A DNA stretch of 64,000 nt from contig CAZAIK010000003.1 in the NCBI GenBank assembly GCA_964485195.1, positions 800 to 64,799 of the forward strand, read 5' to 3'. A program made the translations under genes and the position numbers. Under the pieces are notes generated by a model, which had not been told where the DNA came from, searched no databases, and was given only the letters and a program-made list of their open reading frames with translations. Source of the DNA: an uncultured Methanosarcinales archaeon. GTDB taxonomy: Archaea > Nanobdellota > Nanobdellia > Woesearchaeales > CAIVOO01. Positions 7,541 to 17,620 of the stretch are shown here, in pieces; position 1 is the stretch's first letter, and every line of letters begins with the position of its first letter.

Positions 7541-9248
7541 CCTCAAGATTTTGAAAAACGGAAGGGTAATATTCCTCATAATAGTATTGGCTCTTTCATT
7601 AATAGCACTTTATCCCAACCCCTGGAATGAGGGAGTGGGGATAAGGGGGGTGGTTAAGGAAGGTCCGGCTCAGACGGCAGGAGTTCCGGCTCCAAAGCCT
7701 TCAGCAGCCCCTATGACCAGAGAGGTAATAAAGTCAATTAACAATATCCCCATAAAGAACGTGGAAGACTACGCTCGCGCCCTTCAGTCATTGAAGGTAA
7801 ATGCCACAGTGCAGGTAAAAACAAATGAAAGAATTTACAGGATAATCCCCAAGCACAAGTTTGAGTATGCCTTTCTGGAGAATGAAACAACATATGAAAA
7901 CAGGACGGCCCAGGTTTACAATAAAACATTTAACAAGACAGTTAACGTAACAGAGCAGGTTGAAGTTCCCAAAAGAGTGAAGGTTTATGACAATGACACA
8001 GTGTGGTTGGGCCTTTCGGTTTATGACGCTCCTAAATCCAACATAAGAATGGGCCTGGATTTGAGGGGAGGAACAAGAGTTCTCTTAAGACCCACAGACA
8101 AGTTAACACAGGAACAGTTCCAGACACTTCTCGCAAGCCTTGAGGAAAGGATAAACGTTTACGGAATCAGCGACGTTATACTGAGGCCGGTGCAGGACCT
8201 GGAAGGAACACACTACATTAGGCTGGAAATTGCGGGAGTAACAGAGCAGGAAGTAAAGAATTTCATAACAAGCCAGGGAAAGTTTGAGGCCAAGATAAGC
8301 AATGAGACAGCCTTCACTGGAGGGCAGGACATTACATACGTGTGCAAAACCTCTGAATGCTCAGGGCTTTCTTACAGGGAGCCCTGCGGGCAGACTGCTG
8401 AGGGGGAGTGGGTTTGCAGATTCAGGTTCTCCATTACAATCACCCCCAAGGCTGCAGAAATGCAGGCTGGGATAACTGAGGACCTTGAAGTCATTTCCAC
8501 CAATAATCAGCAGTACCTGGACAAAAAAATAGATTTTTACCTTGATGACGTGCTGGTTGACTCCCTCAACATAGGGGCTGATTTGAAAGGAAGGGCTGCC
8601 ACTGACATAGAAATTTCCGGCTCAGGCACAGGCCTTACAAGGGCAGAGGCTGTGAATGACGCCCTGCAAAATATGAAGCGCCTACAGACTATACTGATCA
8701 CAGGCTCTTTGCCTGTAAAGCTTGAGATTGTCCAAATAGACACAGTGAGCCCCACTCTGGGGGAAGAATTCACAAGAAGCACCATACTGCTTGCAATATT
8801 TGCATCAATAGCAGTAATCATTGTAATCCTACTCAAGTACAGGGATTTAAGGATAACGCTTCCCACAGCTGTCACTCTTGTATCAGAGGTTGTGATAATC
8901 CTGGGCGTGGCCGCATTGATAGGATGGAACATTGACCTGGCAGCAATTGCAGGTATTATCGTTGCTGTGGGGACAGGAGTGGACGACCAGATCATAATTA
9001 CAGACGAGACTTTGCGAAGGGAGGTGCAGGCATTAAGCTGGAAGGAAAGGTTCAAGAGAGCATTCTTCATCATAATGGCAGCTTACCTGACTACAGTGGC
9101 TGCAATGCTGCCCTTGCTTTTCGCAGGAGCAGGACTGCTCAAAGGATTTGCCATAACATCAATCCTTGGAGTTTCCATCGGCGTTTTCATAACAAGGCCT
9201 GCCTATGCAGCAATAATAGAAAGGATTGTCAAGGAGAAAAAGGAGTGA
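7533..9248 (+). CDS. secD: protein-export membrane protein SecD with N-terminal PDZ-like insertion
   Basis: The C-terminal TM block contains GTGVDDQIIITDE. The N-terminal region GIRGVVKEGPAQTAGV...IKSINNIPIKNVEDYARAL is PDZ-like. Confidence 0.85.
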   Translation: MADLKILKNGRVIFLIIVLALSLIALYPNPWNEGVGIRGVVKEGPAQTAGVPAPKPSAAPMTREVIKSINNIPIKNVEDYARALQSLKVNATVQVKTNERIYRIIPKHKFEYAFLENETTYENRTAQVYNKTFNKTVNVTEQVEVPKRVKVYDNDTVWLGLSVYDAPKSNIRMGLDLRGGTRVLLRPTDKLTQEQFQTLLASLEERINVYGISDVILRPVQDLEGTHYIRLEIAGVTEQEVKNFITSQGKFEAKISNETAFTGGQDITYVCKTSECSGLSYREPCGQTAEGEWVCRFRFSITITPKAAEMQAGITEDLEVISTNNQQYLDKKIDFYLDDVLVDSLNIGADLKGRAATDIEISGSGTGLTRAEAVNDALQNMKRLQTILITGSLPVKLEIVQIDTVSPTLGEEFTRSTILLAIFASIAVIIVILLKYRDLRITLPTAVTLVSEVVIILGVAALIGWNIDLAAIAGIIVAVGTGVDDQIIITDETLRREVQALSWKERFKRAFFIIMAAYLTTVAAMLPLLFAGAGLLKGFAITSILGVSIGVFITRPAYAAIIERIVKEKKE

Positions 9249-9300
9249 ATCTTAAGAATTTGGATAGATTTTTAAGCGTTAGTTATTTATTGAATTTTAT

Positions 9301-9882
9301 ATGGTCATAGTAGCATCTACAATTATTAAAACCGAGTTTAGCGATTTTAAGGTATGTTACCATAATACAAGGTATGGGGGATGTGTTAGCTTTTCTAAAG
9401 GAAATCTGTCAAAAAACGCGCCGATTGTGAGATTACACTCTGCCTGTTTGTTCGGAGAGGTTTTTTATTCACACCATTGCGATTGCGGGCATCAAATTAA
9501 AAAGACAATGAGGCTGATACAGAAAGAAGGAACAGGGGTTATTATTTATGCATATGAGGAGGGAAGGGGTATAGGCTTAAAGGAGAAAATTAAAGCGATG
9601 GAAGTCCAGAGGATTAAGAAGATTGATACAGTTGAAGCTTTTAAAAAATTGGGACTAAAGAGAAGTGACTATAGAACTTTCAAGGCTGAAGTCGAGGCAT
9701 TAAAGGATTTAAAATTGAGTAAAAACATTAAGACATACTCTGGCAATCCAAAGAAGTTAGAATCCTTAAGAAAAGCGGGTTATAACATAAAAAGGCTCTT
9801 AAAGTACGAGCTAAAACACATCAATAAGTTAGCAAAGGAGGAGATTAAAACAAAAGAAGAAAAGATGGGTTATTTTAATTAA
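9301..9882 (+). CDS. ribA: GTP cyclohydrolase II (bacterial RibA type)
   Basis: VRLHSACLFGEVFYSHHCDCGHQ carries the Zn Cys triad. EEGRGIGL, DTVEA, NPKK and C-terminal KEEKMGY align along E. coli RibA as I recall it. Confidence 0.85.
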   Translation: MVIVASTIIKTEFSDFKVCYHNTRYGGCVSFSKGNLSKNAPIVRLHSACLFGEVFYSHHCDCGHQIKKTMRLIQKEGTGVIIYAYEEGRGIGLKEKIKAMEVQRIKKIDTVEAFKKLGLKRSDYRTFKAEVEALKDLKLSKNIKTYSGNPKKLESLRKAGYNIKRLLKYELKHINKLAKEEIKTKEEKMGYFN

Positions 9883-9902
9883 TTCTACTTCAATGTATGA
9901 AG

Positions 9903-10874
9903 TCAGCTCATCAGTTGTTCCATGAAGTCGTGTTCAATCTGATATGTGAAAAATCCGTTCCTGAAGCCTCTTTCAGTTGCAAAAAGAATCAGCCTTGGGT
10001 CCTTGACTTTTTCCTGCAACGTGGCAGCAGCAACCTTTGGATGTGTAACAATGCACTGCTGGTTGTCCAGCACAGCGTGGCATTTGGAGTATTGCCTTAA
10101 AATGTAATATCCATAGACTTTTGGTTCTGCAGGAGGGTCTTTTTCGTGCCCGTCCATATCCAGGTCAAGAATGGCCGGCCCCTCTATCTCTGGCAAGTCC
10201 TTGAGGAAACAAATGGTTTTATTGATTCCATTGATGGTGTATGCATGGCATCTCCCCTCCGGGAAATCTGCTTCCCTCTTTTTATCCCTGGGAAACTTAT
10301 CTAATTCAGCTGCAGGGGAAAGCGGTGCGGCTGTTACGACCTCCTTTATTTTGTGGCTAACATCCTTATCGCACATAAGATAAAAAACATAATTATTTCC
10401 CGATATTATTTTAGTATCACTATACTGGGTGTCTGAATGTGCATCGAATCTCACTATAGTTGTTGGCTCATCAGCAGTCATCAGATAGTCTTTTATTGCA
10501 AAATATGAATGCAAATGAAACAAAAAATAATGAAATTCAATCTCTTTGAAAGAGCCTTTCCCATTTGGCTTCATATCCCTTAATTGTTTTTTTATCTTGT
10601 CAGAATAATCAATGTTTTCCGTGAGTTTTGAAATTTGTAGGAGTTTCTCAAGAGACCTTATCTTTCGGATGCCGAATTCCTGCGGATTCTTCCTTGCTTT
10701 CATCAGATCCCATTGCCATCTCAGGGCATAGTCATGCCCCCTGTTATCCCTTTTTTCAGCAAGAAGGCTCAGGATTTCCATGTATTTCTCATCCCCAACT
10801 GAGCATACAGCCTTCCTTTCTGCATCAAATGGCTCTGTCCCTTCCTCGTTTATAACCCAGACAAGTTTGTTCAT
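9903..10874 (-). CDS. hypothetical protein, possible arginase/deacetylase-fold (UPF0489-like)
   Basis: VRFDAHSDTQ and ILDLDMDGH resemble the metal-binding DxHxD / DxD motifs of the ureohydrolase fold. Confidence 0.4.
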   Translation of the reverse strand: MNKLVWVINEEGTEPFDAERKAVCSVGDEKYMEILSLLAEKRDNRGHDYALRWQWDLMKARKNPQEFGIRKIRSLEKLLQISKLTENIDYSDKIKKQLRDMKPNGKGSFKEIEFHYFLFHLHSYFAIKDYLMTADEPTTIVRFDAHSDTQYSDTKIISGNNYVFYLMCDKDVSHKIKEVVTAAPLSPAAELDKFPRDKKREADFPEGRCHAYTINGINKTICFLKDLPEIEGPAILDLDMDGHEKDPPAEPKVYGYYILRQYSKCHAVLDNQQCIVTHPKVAAATLQEKVKDPRLILFATERGFRNGFFTYQIEHDFMEQLMS

Positions 10875-10959
10875 ATGCTGTCAGAATAATAAAAATATTT
10901 AAACCTGCAGGAGGAAGTTTTTTAAATATTATCTTTTTAAATAAGCCTGTTAGGGGAAA

Positions 10960-11889
10960 ATGAAGGTTATTTATTCCAACTGTACAGGAAGTTATGTGGT
11001 TGAGGATGAAATAGTCGATTCTGTATCATTTGGTGAAAAGGACGCAGTTGAGAAATGCCTTCAGATTGAAAAGGGGGAGCTTCTGGATGAGGAGAAAAGA
11101 TTGATGAAGAAACATCCCAAAGCAGTTATGATAAGGGAAGTTGAGGACAAAAACAGGATAAATGAAGCTCTTGCTTTGTTCAAGGAAAAATCAAAGGAAT
11201 TTTTTGACACAGAGCTTAAGCTTGCAAAAAGAAAAATAAAGGAAAGCGTTAAATTTGATAACCTGCTGATTAACGCTTCTGACTGCGTTGAGGAATCAAC
11301 CAGGCACATCAATATGCTTTCAAGAAGATTGAGGGAATGGTATGGGCTGGCCAATCCCGAGCTGTCAAGAAAGACAGAAGACAATCTGAATTTCGCAAAA
11401 AAAGTTGTGGAAAATCCGGGAAAAGAAAAGGATTCAATGGGTATAGAGCTGAACAAGGAAGATTTTGAGCCTGTTAAAAACCTGGCTCAGGAAATCATTA
11501 ACCTGAACGAGTTAAAGGAAAAACAGCAAAAATACATTGAGAAGGTTATGAAAAGGAACTGTTCCAACCTGCTGGCAGTGGCAGGCCCTAACCTGGGCGC
11601 AAAGCTTATTGCGCTTGCAGGCTCCTTCAAGAGGCTGGCATCAATGCCCGCCTCAACCATACAGGTTTTGGGGGCTGAAAAAGCCCTTTTCAGGCACGTG
11701 AGGACAGGGGCAAAAAGCCCCAAGCACGGGGTTATAATCCAGCACCCTCTGGTTGCCGGTTCGGAATCAAAAGGTGTCGCCTCGCGCCAGATTGCAGACA
11801 AGATAAGCATCGCTGCAAAGGTGGATTTTTTTGGAGGGGAATTTATAGGCAATAAACTTTTGGAGGGTCTTCGGAAAAAAATAGGCTAA
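10960..11889 (+). CDS. nop5: Nop5 (Nop56/58) box C/D RNP core protein
   Basis: The Nop domain reads LLAVAGPNLGAKLIALAGSFKRLASMPASTIQVLGAEKALFRH...PKHGVIIQHP. Confidence 0.9.
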   Translation: MKVIYSNCTGSYVVEDEIVDSVSFGEKDAVEKCLQIEKGELLDEEKRLMKKHPKAVMIREVEDKNRINEALALFKEKSKEFFDTELKLAKRKIKESVKFDNLLINASDCVEESTRHINMLSRRLREWYGLANPELSRKTEDNLNFAKKVVENPGKEKDSMGIELNKEDFEPVKNLAQEIINLNELKEKQQKYIEKVMKRNCSNLLAVAGPNLGAKLIALAGSFKRLASMPASTIQVLGAEKALFRHVRTGAKSPKHGVIIQHPLVAGSESKGVASRQIADKISIAAKVDFFGGEFIGNKLLEGLRKKIG

Positions 11890-11890
11890 A

Positions 11891-12088
11891 ATGGGCGTTA
11901 AAATGTACCTTGAAAAGGAAAGGACAAAGCGAAACATAGGCATAATGGAGCTTGTGATAGGGATGGTCTGCTTTTTGATAAGCATAGGCCTGTTCGCGAC
12001 TATGGAAAAATACGCAATTCCTATTTTCGCAATGCTGGTCTCGCTTTTCATTCTACTTGTGGCGAGGCAGACTTTGGTGGAAGAATGA
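11891..12088 (+). CDS. small two-TM membrane protein wedged between nop5 and fibrillarin
   Basis: It starts 1 nt after the nop5 stop and has an ATGA overlap with fibrillarin. It has two hydrophobic segments. Confidence 0.45.
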   Translation: MGVKMYLEKERTKRNIGIMELVIGMVCFLISIGLFATMEKYAIPIFAMLVSLFILLVARQTLVEE

Positions 12089-12747
12089 AGGAACACAATC
12101 TTAAGGGAATATTCAGGGACGACAAAAAAAGGCTTTATACTAAAAACCTTGCCCCTGGTAGAAGGGTTTATGGGGAGCTGATTAAGAAAGAAAAAGGAAG
12201 CGAATACAGGCAGTGGGACATCAAGAGAAGCAAGCTTGCCGCAGCCCTTTACAAGGGGCTTTCACAAATCGGATTAAAAGAGGGGTTCAAAGTTCTTTAC
12301 TTGGGAGCTTCCACCGGCACCACTGTTTCTCACGTTTCTGACATTGTTGGGAAGGAAGGCTTTGTGTTTGCCCTTGACCCTGCTCCCAGGGTTCTAAGAG
12401 AGCAGGTCTTTCTTGCAGAGGAGAGAAAGAACATCGCCCCCATACTGGCTGATGCAAACCAGCCGATGAGCTATCTGCACCTGGTTCCCCAGGTTGATTT
12501 CCTGTACCAGGACGTGGCCCAGCGAAACCAGGTGGAGATTTTCTTGAAAAACAGTGAAATTTTCCTGAAGAAAGGAGGCTTTGGCACTATTGCGGTTAAG
12601 TCGAGGTCAATGGACGTCGCAAAAAAGCCCAAAGAAATATTTGAAAAGGTTAAGAAAGAGCTTGAAAAAAAGACAACAATTGTTGACTACAGGACACTTG
12701 ACCCTCTGGAAAAGGACCACGCATTATTTGTGGTAAAGAAAAAATGA
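12085..12747 (+). CDS. flpA: fibrillarin, rRNA/tRNA 2'-O-methyltransferase
   Basis: Motifs are VLYLGASTGTTVSHVSDIVG and ILADANQP. Confidence 0.92.
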   Translation: MKEHNLKGIFRDDKKRLYTKNLAPGRRVYGELIKKEKGSEYRQWDIKRSKLAAALYKGLSQIGLKEGFKVLYLGASTGTTVSHVSDIVGKEGFVFALDPAPRVLREQVFLAEERKNIAPILADANQPMSYLHLVPQVDFLYQDVAQRNQVEIFLKNSEIFLKKGGFGTIAVKSRSMDVAKKPKEIFEKVKKELEKKTTIVDYRTLDPLEKDHALFVVKKK

Positions 12748-13526
12748 GAATACTTGCAATCGGGGACCCGCACGGCAAAATACCGAGAGTGAAAAATATT
12801 GTCAAAAGAGAGAAGCCCGACATTATCATATGCACAGGTGATTTCTCAGGTGATGAAGGCATCAGGAAACTAATATTCAAAAACTGGGGCCAGCCCTGGT
12901 GGATTGATATAGGAAAAGCAAAAGCCAGGGAAATGGTTAAAAAATCCACTCAGCAGGGCAAAAAAGTCCTGAAATATCTAAATGAGGCAGGGGTTCCTGT
13001 TTATTTTATTCACGGCAATAATGAGGATATGGAATCTTACGGCAAACGGATTTTCAAAAAGGAGAATCTTAATTTTATGCACGGAAAGAAAAAGAAAATA
13101 GGGGAATACACCTTTATTTTTCACGGGGGATTTATGCTTCCTAAAATATGGATGAAAGAGAAGAATGAAAATTCAAAAAAAAGGAAAAAGGAGCATGACG
13201 AGGCAAAGTCAAAATTAGGAAAGCTGTTTAAAAAAGCAAAGGGAAAAACAGTTTTTGTGACTCACTGCACTCCTTATTTGTTATTTGATAAAATAAAAAA
13301 CAAGCAGTCTCCGATGAACGGGAGACACATCGGCGTTGCAGCATATAGAGAGATAATAAAAGAATACAATCCGGACTTGTACATCTGCGGGCATATGCAC
13401 GAAAATCAGGGAACCAGGAAAACAGGCAGTACAGAGGCTGTATGCCTTGGAATGGCCAACAGATATATTTATCTGATAGACCTGAACGACTCTGTCAGGA
13501 TAAGAAGGAAGCAAATCAAAGCGTAA
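12744..13526 (+). CDS. calcineurin-like metallophosphoesterase
   Basis: Motifs GDPHG, GDF, GNNE and GHMH are present. ATGA overlap with flpA. Confidence 0.8.
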   Translation: MRILAIGDPHGKIPRVKNIVKREKPDIIICTGDFSGDEGIRKLIFKNWGQPWWIDIGKAKAREMVKKSTQQGKKVLKYLNEAGVPVYFIHGNNEDMESYGKRIFKKENLNFMHGKKKKIGEYTFIFHGGFMLPKIWMKEKNENSKKRKKEHDEAKSKLGKLFKKAKGKTVFVTHCTPYLLFDKIKNKQSPMNGRHIGVAAYREIIKEYNPDLYICGHMHENQGTRKTGSTEAVCLGMANRYIYLIDLNDSVRIRRKQIKA

Positions 13527-13559
13527 ACTATAAAAAGTTATTTGTCTTGCCTTAAAACG

Positions 13560-13946
13560 ATGAAAGAAGAATATATGGTGCTGGTTAATGGGGAGCCCGT
13601 TTTTAAGCCTTATCATCACACATTTGATGATTTGGAAAAAGTCCGGTCTTACATGTCCAGCTCACAAATATCAGGAAAATCAGAAATAGCGCTAGTTTCG
13701 CCTTTATGGGTCTATTTTCCTGAAGAGAAGGAACTTTTGAGAGGGTACATACTAGAGCACATTTCCAAGAATGGCGAACAGCACCTTCTGAAATTCTGCG
13801 AAAACTGGAAAAATGTTGAAAAAACACAGGATGCTAATCCCGGGTTAAACTTAGATGTCAGAAAGCTGATTAAGCTGAATGAAAACCTGGAAGGAGTGTT
13901 GATCCCGGAAAATCAGAGGGAAACCTCAATATCCCCCTCCCCATAA
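13560..13946 (+). CDS. hypothetical protein
   Basis: 128-aa ORF from the first ATG. Its 3' end overlaps the convergent valS by 34 nt. Confidence 0.4.
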   Translation: MKEEYMVLVNGEPVFKPYHHTFDDLEKVRSYMSSSQISGKSEIALVSPLWVYFPEEKELLRGYILEHISKNGEQHLLKFCENWKNVEKTQDANPGLNLDVRKLIKLNENLEGVLIPENQRETSISPSP

Positions 13947-16294
13947 TTTATTTTTTTAACAAAATGCGCTTCTGCCAAGTCTTTCTCTATTGTTTTGAAT
14001 TTTTCAGGAATATTTAGCTCTTTGACTTCCGCCTTCAGGCTCAAGTTTTTGTCTTTCTTGCTTTTCCATATTTTCGAGTTTAAATCGACCAGTTCTTCGG
14101 TTTTGAAAGGAACTTTTTCCTGCTCTTCAGGCACAGGAAATTCCTCTTTATGAATATCTTTTCCTTCAAGTTCATCATATAGCTTGTACGTGATAAAGGG
14201 GATGGTAGGCGCAAATACCTTAAGCATATTTTTAATGCAATAGTTCAAGGTGAACAAGGCTCCGTTCTGCTCTTTATTGGCGAACTTGTTGCCGTCGTTA
14301 TATGCCCTGCTTTTTACCAGCTCCAGATAATGCGATGCAAAAGTTTCCCAGAGAAAATGCTTTAGCTTTACAGTGGGATTGTGAAAATCATATTTTTCAA
14401 ATTTAACCCGTGCTTCCTTGATTACGCTGTTTAATTCGTTTATTATCCATTTGTCCAGTTCAAGCAGTTCTATCTTGCCTTCAGGCTGCGGGAACACGCT
14501 TGCAAACCTTGCCACGTTCCAGAGCTTGGTCAGCGTCTTGCTGGCCCCCTCAATCCTTTCGTAACTGCACCTGAAATCCTGCTTGTGAAGGTTTCCTTCT
14601 ATTGCGCACCAGAATCTTAAAGGTTCTGCCCCGTATCTTTTTAGGACTTCCTGAGGGTCTATGACGTTTCCCAGGGACTTGGACATTTTCATACCTTTTT
14701 CATCCAGTATATGGTGGTGTATCCATACATCCTTGAAAATAGGCTTTCCTGTCAGCAGGAAGCATTTAAGGACAGTGTAATAAAGCCAGGTCCTGACTAT
14801 CTCTTTTCCCTGGGGTCTTAGCGAAGCCTTATTGTTCTTGAGGAAGAACTCGGAATCCCTTTCATATTTGAGAATGTAAAGAGGGCTTATTGAGCTGTCA
14901 AACCAGGTGTCAAAAACCCTCACATCCCCTTTTGCCTTCTCAGAGCCGCAGCTACATTTTACAGGGCACTTCTCCTTCCAGGGCTTGTAATATTTGCCTT
15001 TTGGTGGAACAATAACCTCCCCGCATACTTCACAGTGCCATACCGGAACTTCTGTGCCATAATACCTCCTTCTTGAGATGGGCCAGTCTATTGTAATGGA
15101 ATTAATCCAGTCAAGTAGGATCTGCCTGCTTTCAGGAGCATAAAACTCTATTGTCTGGGCAAGCTCAAGCATTTTGTCCTTGAATTCCACCTGCTTGAGA
15201 TAATATTCCTTCATGTTTATGAATTCAATTGGGTCCTTGGAACGCTCGCAAATGGGGGTTCTGTGAACAACATTTTCCTGTTTCACCAGAAGATTCTCGT
15301 CCCTCAATTTCCCAATAATCTTCTGCCTTGCTTCTGCAACAGGAAGCCCTTCCAGGAAACCGGCGTGCTCATTCATGGTGCCGTCTATATTGATTGCTAT
15401 TGTGGGTTCAATGTTCATCTCCCTGAAAAACCTGATATCAGAAAGGTCCCCTGCGGAGCACATCATAGCCAGCCCTGTTCCCTTCTCGGGGTCGGCCATG
15501 GGATGAGCTGCGATGGGAACCTCCTTATTAAATATCGGAGTTATTGCGGTTTTTCCTTCCAGATGCTTATATCTTTCATCTTCAGGATTGAAAATCACCA
15601 TTTCACAGGTGCATATAAGCTCGGGCCTGGTTGTGCCTATAACAATATTCTCCCCTGTCTCTTTAACCTTGAAGGTTATATCATTGAAGAAGGTTGGAAG
15701 CTCCTTGTATTCTATCTCTGCATCAGCTATTGTGGTCTGGCATCCGGGACAATAATTGTTAATCCTGTCATCCTCATAAATCAGATTCTTATGCCACAAA
15801 TCAATAAATGTTTCCTGGGTTAATTGCCTGTAATCATCTGAATCTGTCTGATAAACCTGGCCAAGAGACTTGCCTATTGTCCACGAATTATAACTGTGGC
15901 CTAGCTTCATGAAAGTGTCCATTGATTCAACACTCGACTCTTCCAGAACCTTCCTGCACATTTCCAGAAATTCTTCCCTGCTTATTTCGTTAAACTTTCT
16001 GTTGAACTTTTTTTCAGCAGACATTTCAATAGGAAGGCCGTTGCGGTCAAGCCCCAAGGGAAAAAGAACATTGAATCCTATCATCCTCCTGAACCTTGCA
16101 ATCATATCCATAATGGTGTAGGTAGCAGCATGCCCCATATGGACAGGAGTGTTAACATAGGGTGGCGGTGTATCTATTGAGAATAATGGCTTGTCTGTTT
16201 CTTTGTCAAATCCCAAAGGATTGTTTTTCCACTGCTCATAAATGGGCTTTTCAAATTCCTTCACCCACTTCTTTTCCTTGATTTTAGGCTCCAT
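13913..16294 (-). CDS. valS: valyl-tRNA synthetase
   Basis: The HIGH region is PPPYVNTPVHMGHA and KMSKS is present. The editing domain reads TTRPE...NPEDERYKHLEGK...GTGLAMMCSAGD. Confidence 0.8.
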   Translation of the reverse strand: MEPKIKEKKWVKEFEKPIYEQWKNNPLGFDKETDKPLFSIDTPPPYVNTPVHMGHAATYTIMDMIARFRRMIGFNVLFPLGLDRNGLPIEMSAEKKFNRKFNEISREEFLEMCRKVLEESSVESMDTFMKLGHSYNSWTIGKSLGQVYQTDSDDYRQLTQETFIDLWHKNLIYEDDRINNYCPGCQTTIADAEIEYKELPTFFNDITFKVKETGENIVIGTTRPELICTCEMVIFNPEDERYKHLEGKTAITPIFNKEVPIAAHPMADPEKGTGLAMMCSAGDLSDIRFFREMNIEPTIAINIDGTMNEHAGFLEGLPVAEARQKIIGKLRDENLLVKQENVVHRTPICERSKDPIEFINMKEYYLKQVEFKDKMLELAQTIEFYAPESRQILLDWINSITIDWPISRRRYYGTEVPVWHCEVCGEVIVPPKGKYYKPWKEKCPVKCSCGSEKAKGDVRVFDTWFDSSISPLYILKYERDSEFFLKNNKASLRPQGKEIVRTWLYYTVLKCFLLTGKPIFKDVWIHHHILDEKGMKMSKSLGNVIDPQEVLKRYGAEPLRFWCAIEGNLHKQDFRCSYERIEGASKTLTKLWNVARFASVFPQPEGKIELLELDKWIINELNSVIKEARVKFEKYDFHNPTVKLKHFLWETFASHYLELVKSRAYNDGNKFANKEQNGALFTLNYCIKNMLKVFAPTIPFITYKLYDELEGKDIHKEEFPVPEEQEKVPFKTEELVDLNSKIWKSKKDKNLSLKAEVKELNIPEKFKTIEKDLAEAHFVKKINYGEGDIEVSL

Positions 16295-16382
16295 AAGTGC
16301 TATAATGGGTTAAGCAGGTATTTAAATAATTTGCCCAAAAGGTTTACAAAACATTCTTAAACTTATAGAAATACATCATTCC

Positions 16383-17588
16383 ATGATACCCTTCACCAAA
16401 AAATACTCTCCCAAATCATTGAGTGAGGTTGTCGGCCAGCAGGCGCCCTGCTCAAAATTGAGGGATTTTGTGGAAAATTTCAAGAGCCAGAAGAAAAAAT
16501 GCATATTCGTCACAGGACCAGTGGGCTGTGGAAAAAGTTCAGCTGTTACCGCTCTTGCCAACGAAATGGGATACGAACTTCTGGAGATCAACGCAAGTGA
16601 TACCCGGAATGCTGCAGCCATAGAAGAAATAGTGGGCAATGCCATAAAAACAAAGAGCTTCTTTTTCAAGGGAAAAATAATAATGATTGATGAGGCAGAG
16701 GGAATAACAGGCACCAAAGACAGGGGAGGATTGCCAACTCTTGCAAAACTTATAGAAAAAACAACCTATCCTGTTTTCATAATAGCAAACGATGCTTATG
16801 ACAAGAAATTCTCAGGGATTAGAAAAAAATGCCAGATAATTGAGTTCAATCAACTTTCTGTTGAGGATGTTTTCACGATGATTAGTAAGATCTCTGAGAA
16901 AGAAGGAATAGAAACAGAGAATGCTTATCTTAAAACAATTGCCAGGAGAACAGGAGGTGATGCCAGGGCGGCAATTACAGATGTTCAGGTTTTGGGAGTT
17001 GACGGGAAGATAACCAAGAATGAAATAGAAGCTTTGGCATACAGGGAGAGGGAAGAATCAATCCGTGAAGCTCTTATAAAAATCTTCAAGGCCTCTGACC
17101 CAAAAATAGCAATTCACGCATTTGACAGGGTGGATGAGGCCCAGGACAAATTGATATTATGGGTGGAGGAAAACCTGCCTTATGAATACAAGGACAAGGA
17201 ATCCTTGGCAGAAGCTTATGATAAGCTGTCCAAGGCAGACATCTTTCAAAGAAGGATAATGAAAAGGCAGGACTGGCGCTTCCTCGTTTACATAAACGCC
17301 TTAATGACAGCGGGTGTTGCCGTGTCCAAGAACGGAAAAAACAGGTCGCCAATAGAATATAAGCAGAATCCAAGGTTGCTTAAGATATGGATGATGAACC
17401 AGAAATATGCCAAAAGAAAAGCAATAGCAGAAAAAATAGCACTGCAGACCCATTCATCTGCAAGCGAGGCGGTGCACAGCACAATCCCATATCTGAAGGT
17501 TATCTTCCAGAAAAACAAGGAAATGGCTGGCCAGCTGGCTGAAGAGCTGGATTTGAACAAGGAAGAGATAGCGTGGCTGGAGAAGTAA
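16383..17588 (+). CDS. rfcL: replication factor C large subunit
   Basis: YSPKSLSEVVGQ, Walker A GPVGCGKS, and LEINASDTRN. Confidence 0.85.
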   Translation: MIPFTKKYSPKSLSEVVGQQAPCSKLRDFVENFKSQKKKCIFVTGPVGCGKSSAVTALANEMGYELLEINASDTRNAAAIEEIVGNAIKTKSFFFKGKIIMIDEAEGITGTKDRGGLPTLAKLIEKTTYPVFIIANDAYDKKFSGIRKKCQIIEFNQLSVEDVFTMISKISEKEGIETENAYLKTIARRTGGDARAAITDVQVLGVDGKITKNEIEALAYREREESIREALIKIFKASDPKIAIHAFDRVDEAQDKLILWVEENLPYEYKDKESLAEAYDKLSKADIFQRRIMKRQDWRFLVYINALMTAGVAVSKNGKNRSPIEYKQNPRLLKIWMMNQKYAKRKAIAEKIALQTHSSASEAVHSTIPYLKVIFQKNKEMAGQLAEELDLNKEEIAWLEK

Positions 17589-17620
17589 ACTATTTAAATA
17601 TGAAAAAAGAGGGGTTCTAA

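Noticed and set aside
8537-9073. 178-aa minus-strand ORF inside secD
   Set aside because: It is antisense to the conserved SecD TM block, so it is a chance open frame.
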